A stretch of 32,000 nucleotides of DNA from Candidatus Saccharimonadota bacterium (GTDB lineage Bacteria; Pseudomonadota; Gammaproteobacteria; Enterobacterales; Enterobacteriaceae_A): NCBI GenBank assembly GCA_030849285.1, contig CP102982.1, positions 180,001-212,000 on the forward strand. Reading direction: 5' to 3'. Below the pieces are notes generated by a model that had not been told where the DNA came from, searched no databases, and saw only the letters and a program-made list of their open reading frames with translations. Made by a program: the position numbers and the translations under genes. This document shows, one piece after another, positions 30,997 to 32,000 of the stretch. The first letter of the stretch is position 1. Each line of letters opens with the position of its first letter.

Positions 30997-32000
30997 ATGT
31001 TTTTAATAAAATTAATTAAAAAAATATTTTCAATTTTAATATTAATAATATTTATTTTATTAATATTAAACTATTCAATTATTAAAAAAAAATTTATACA
31101 AAATATTAATAAAAAAACAGTTTTGTTATTTAATATTAACGGTATTATTATTGAAAATAAAAATATTAATAATTTATGGGATAAATTTAATTTTAATTTA
31201 TTTAAAATAAAAAATAAAAAAACTATAAAAAATACATTATTTAATATTATTAAAATTATTCGTTTATCAAAAAATGATAAAAATATTACCGGTATAATAT
31301 TAAAATTAAATAATTTTTTAGGAACAGATCAAACATCACTAGAATATATAGGAAAAATTTTAAATGAATTTAAAAAAAGTGGAAAACCTATTTATGCAAT
31401 TAGTAATAATTATAATCAAGCTCAATATTACTTAGCAAGTTATGCTAATAAAATATATATGTATTCAAATGGTTTTATAGATTTACATGGATTATATAAT
31501 GATAAATTTTATTACAAGTCTTTATTAAATAAATTAAAAATAAATTCACATATTTTTAGAATAGGTTTTGATAAAAACGCAATTGATACTTATATTTATA
31601 ATAATATGCCTACTAAAACTAAAATTTCAGAAAATAAATGGTTAAATAAATTATGGTTAAATTATATTTATGATATATCAAAAAATAGAAAATTAAAAAC
31701 ATATAATATAATACCTAATATAATAGAATTTTTAAAAAAAAATTTAAAAAAAAATTATATTAATAATTATAATTTAAAAAATAAATTAATAGATAAAATA
31801 TTATCTCCTATTAAAATAAAAAAAAAATTAATTAAAATTTTTGGTTTAAATAAAAATAAAAATAATTATAAATTTTTAAATTTTTATAATTATAAAATTT
31901 ATAAATCATTAGAAAAAAGTTATGAAATATCTGTAATTTTTATAAATGGTAAAATTATAAATTATAAAAAATATAATAATGATATATATAATATTGTAAA
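30997..32000 (+). CDS. sppA: Signal peptide peptidase A (protease IV), N-terminal part. The ORF is open to the window edge and is not in the supplied track.
   Basis: The ATG is at 30997 and 334 codons are open to position 32000. NTLFNIIKIIRLSKNDKNITGIILKLNNF.GTDQTSLEYIGKILNEFKKSGKPIYAISNNYNQAQYYLASYANKIYM is collinear with E. coli SppA (NSLFDIVNTIRQAKDDRNITGIVMDLKNFAGGDQPSMQYIGKALKEFRDSGKPVYAVGENYSQGQYYLASFANKIWL). Confidence 0.82.
   Translation, partial: MFLIKLIKKIFSILILIIFILLILNYSIIKKKFIQNINKKTVLLFNINGIIIENKNINNLWDKFNFNLFKIKNKKTIKNTLFNIIKIIRLSKNDKNITGIILKLNNFLGTDQTSLEYIGKILNEFKKSGKPIYAISNNYNQAQYYLASYANKIYMYSNGFIDLHGLYNDKFYYKSLLNKLKINSHIFRIGFDKNAIDTYIYNNMPTKTKISENKWLNKLWLNYIYDISKNRKLKTYNIIPNIIEFLKKNLKKNYINNYNLKNKLIDKILSPIKIKKKLIKIFGLNKNKNNYKFLNFYNYKIYKSLEKSYEISVIFINGKIINYKKYNNDIYNIV

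Noticed and set aside
1-32000. An alternative genetic code (UGA read as Trp, as in some tiny symbiont genomes), or an organelle origin.
   Set aside because: All conserved genes are full length under the standard code. Conserved Trp positions use TGG, for example the WKW in CyoA and the WAWGHPE in CyoB. TGA terminates cyoC at the expected length. The gene content (sigma-70, primase, gyrase, trp operon, cyo operon) is bacterial, not organellar.
1-32000. A defence island, toxin-antitoxin module, secretion system, mobile element or other novel multi-gene system.
   Set aside because: Every ORF of meaningful length is assigned to a well-known housekeeping, tryptophan or respiratory function. The unassigned DNA totals only short A/T spacers of 288 bp or less, which leaves no room for an undescribed protein-coding system.

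Overview
This is a gene-dense, extremely AT-rich window. By eye it is well under 25% G+C, and the intergenic DNA is almost pure A/T. It looks like the reduced genome of a gammaproteobacterial, Enterobacterales-type, obligate insect nutritional endosymbiont (Buchnera-like in style). I cannot name the taxon from sequence alone. I can support 30 protein genes and 5 tRNA genes, all by recalled collinear similarity to E. coli proteins and tRNAs. No database search was run. Content in order: grxD (partial), the str operon (rpsL-rpsG-fusA-tufA), eno, tadA, rsmD, gyrA, thrU-tyrU-glyT-like tRNAs, secE, rplK-rplA, yggX, rpsU-dnaG-rpoD, tRNA-Asn, trpD-trpC(F)-trpB-trpA, trpS, rplY, htpX, tRNA-Arg, cyoABCD, tyrS, metG and sppA (partial). 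The standard genetic code applies: conserved Trp residues are TGG and cyoC ends in TGA. I see no mobile elements, CRISPR arrays, prophage, toxin-antitoxin genes or defence genes. I did not find a convincing novel multi-gene system, because every ORF of meaningful size is accounted for by a housekeeping, tryptophan or cytochrome bo function. Observations worth a second look: (1) rpoD is split into two frames that overlap inside A12/A13 homopolymers, where a single extra A would restore a 615-codon sigma-70. This is either transcriptional-slippage rescue or a homopolymer sequencing error. (2) A 36-bp-arm, GC-cored inverted repeat lies between convergent yggX and rpoD. (3) Deletion scars sit in ancestral operons: thrT-tufB, nusG, rplJL-rpoBC, trpE/trpG and cyoE are all absent from their canonical positions. 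(4) Conserved motifs look eroded in the GyrA C-terminal domain (GyrA box), TrpD, GrxD and the CyoA lipobox.
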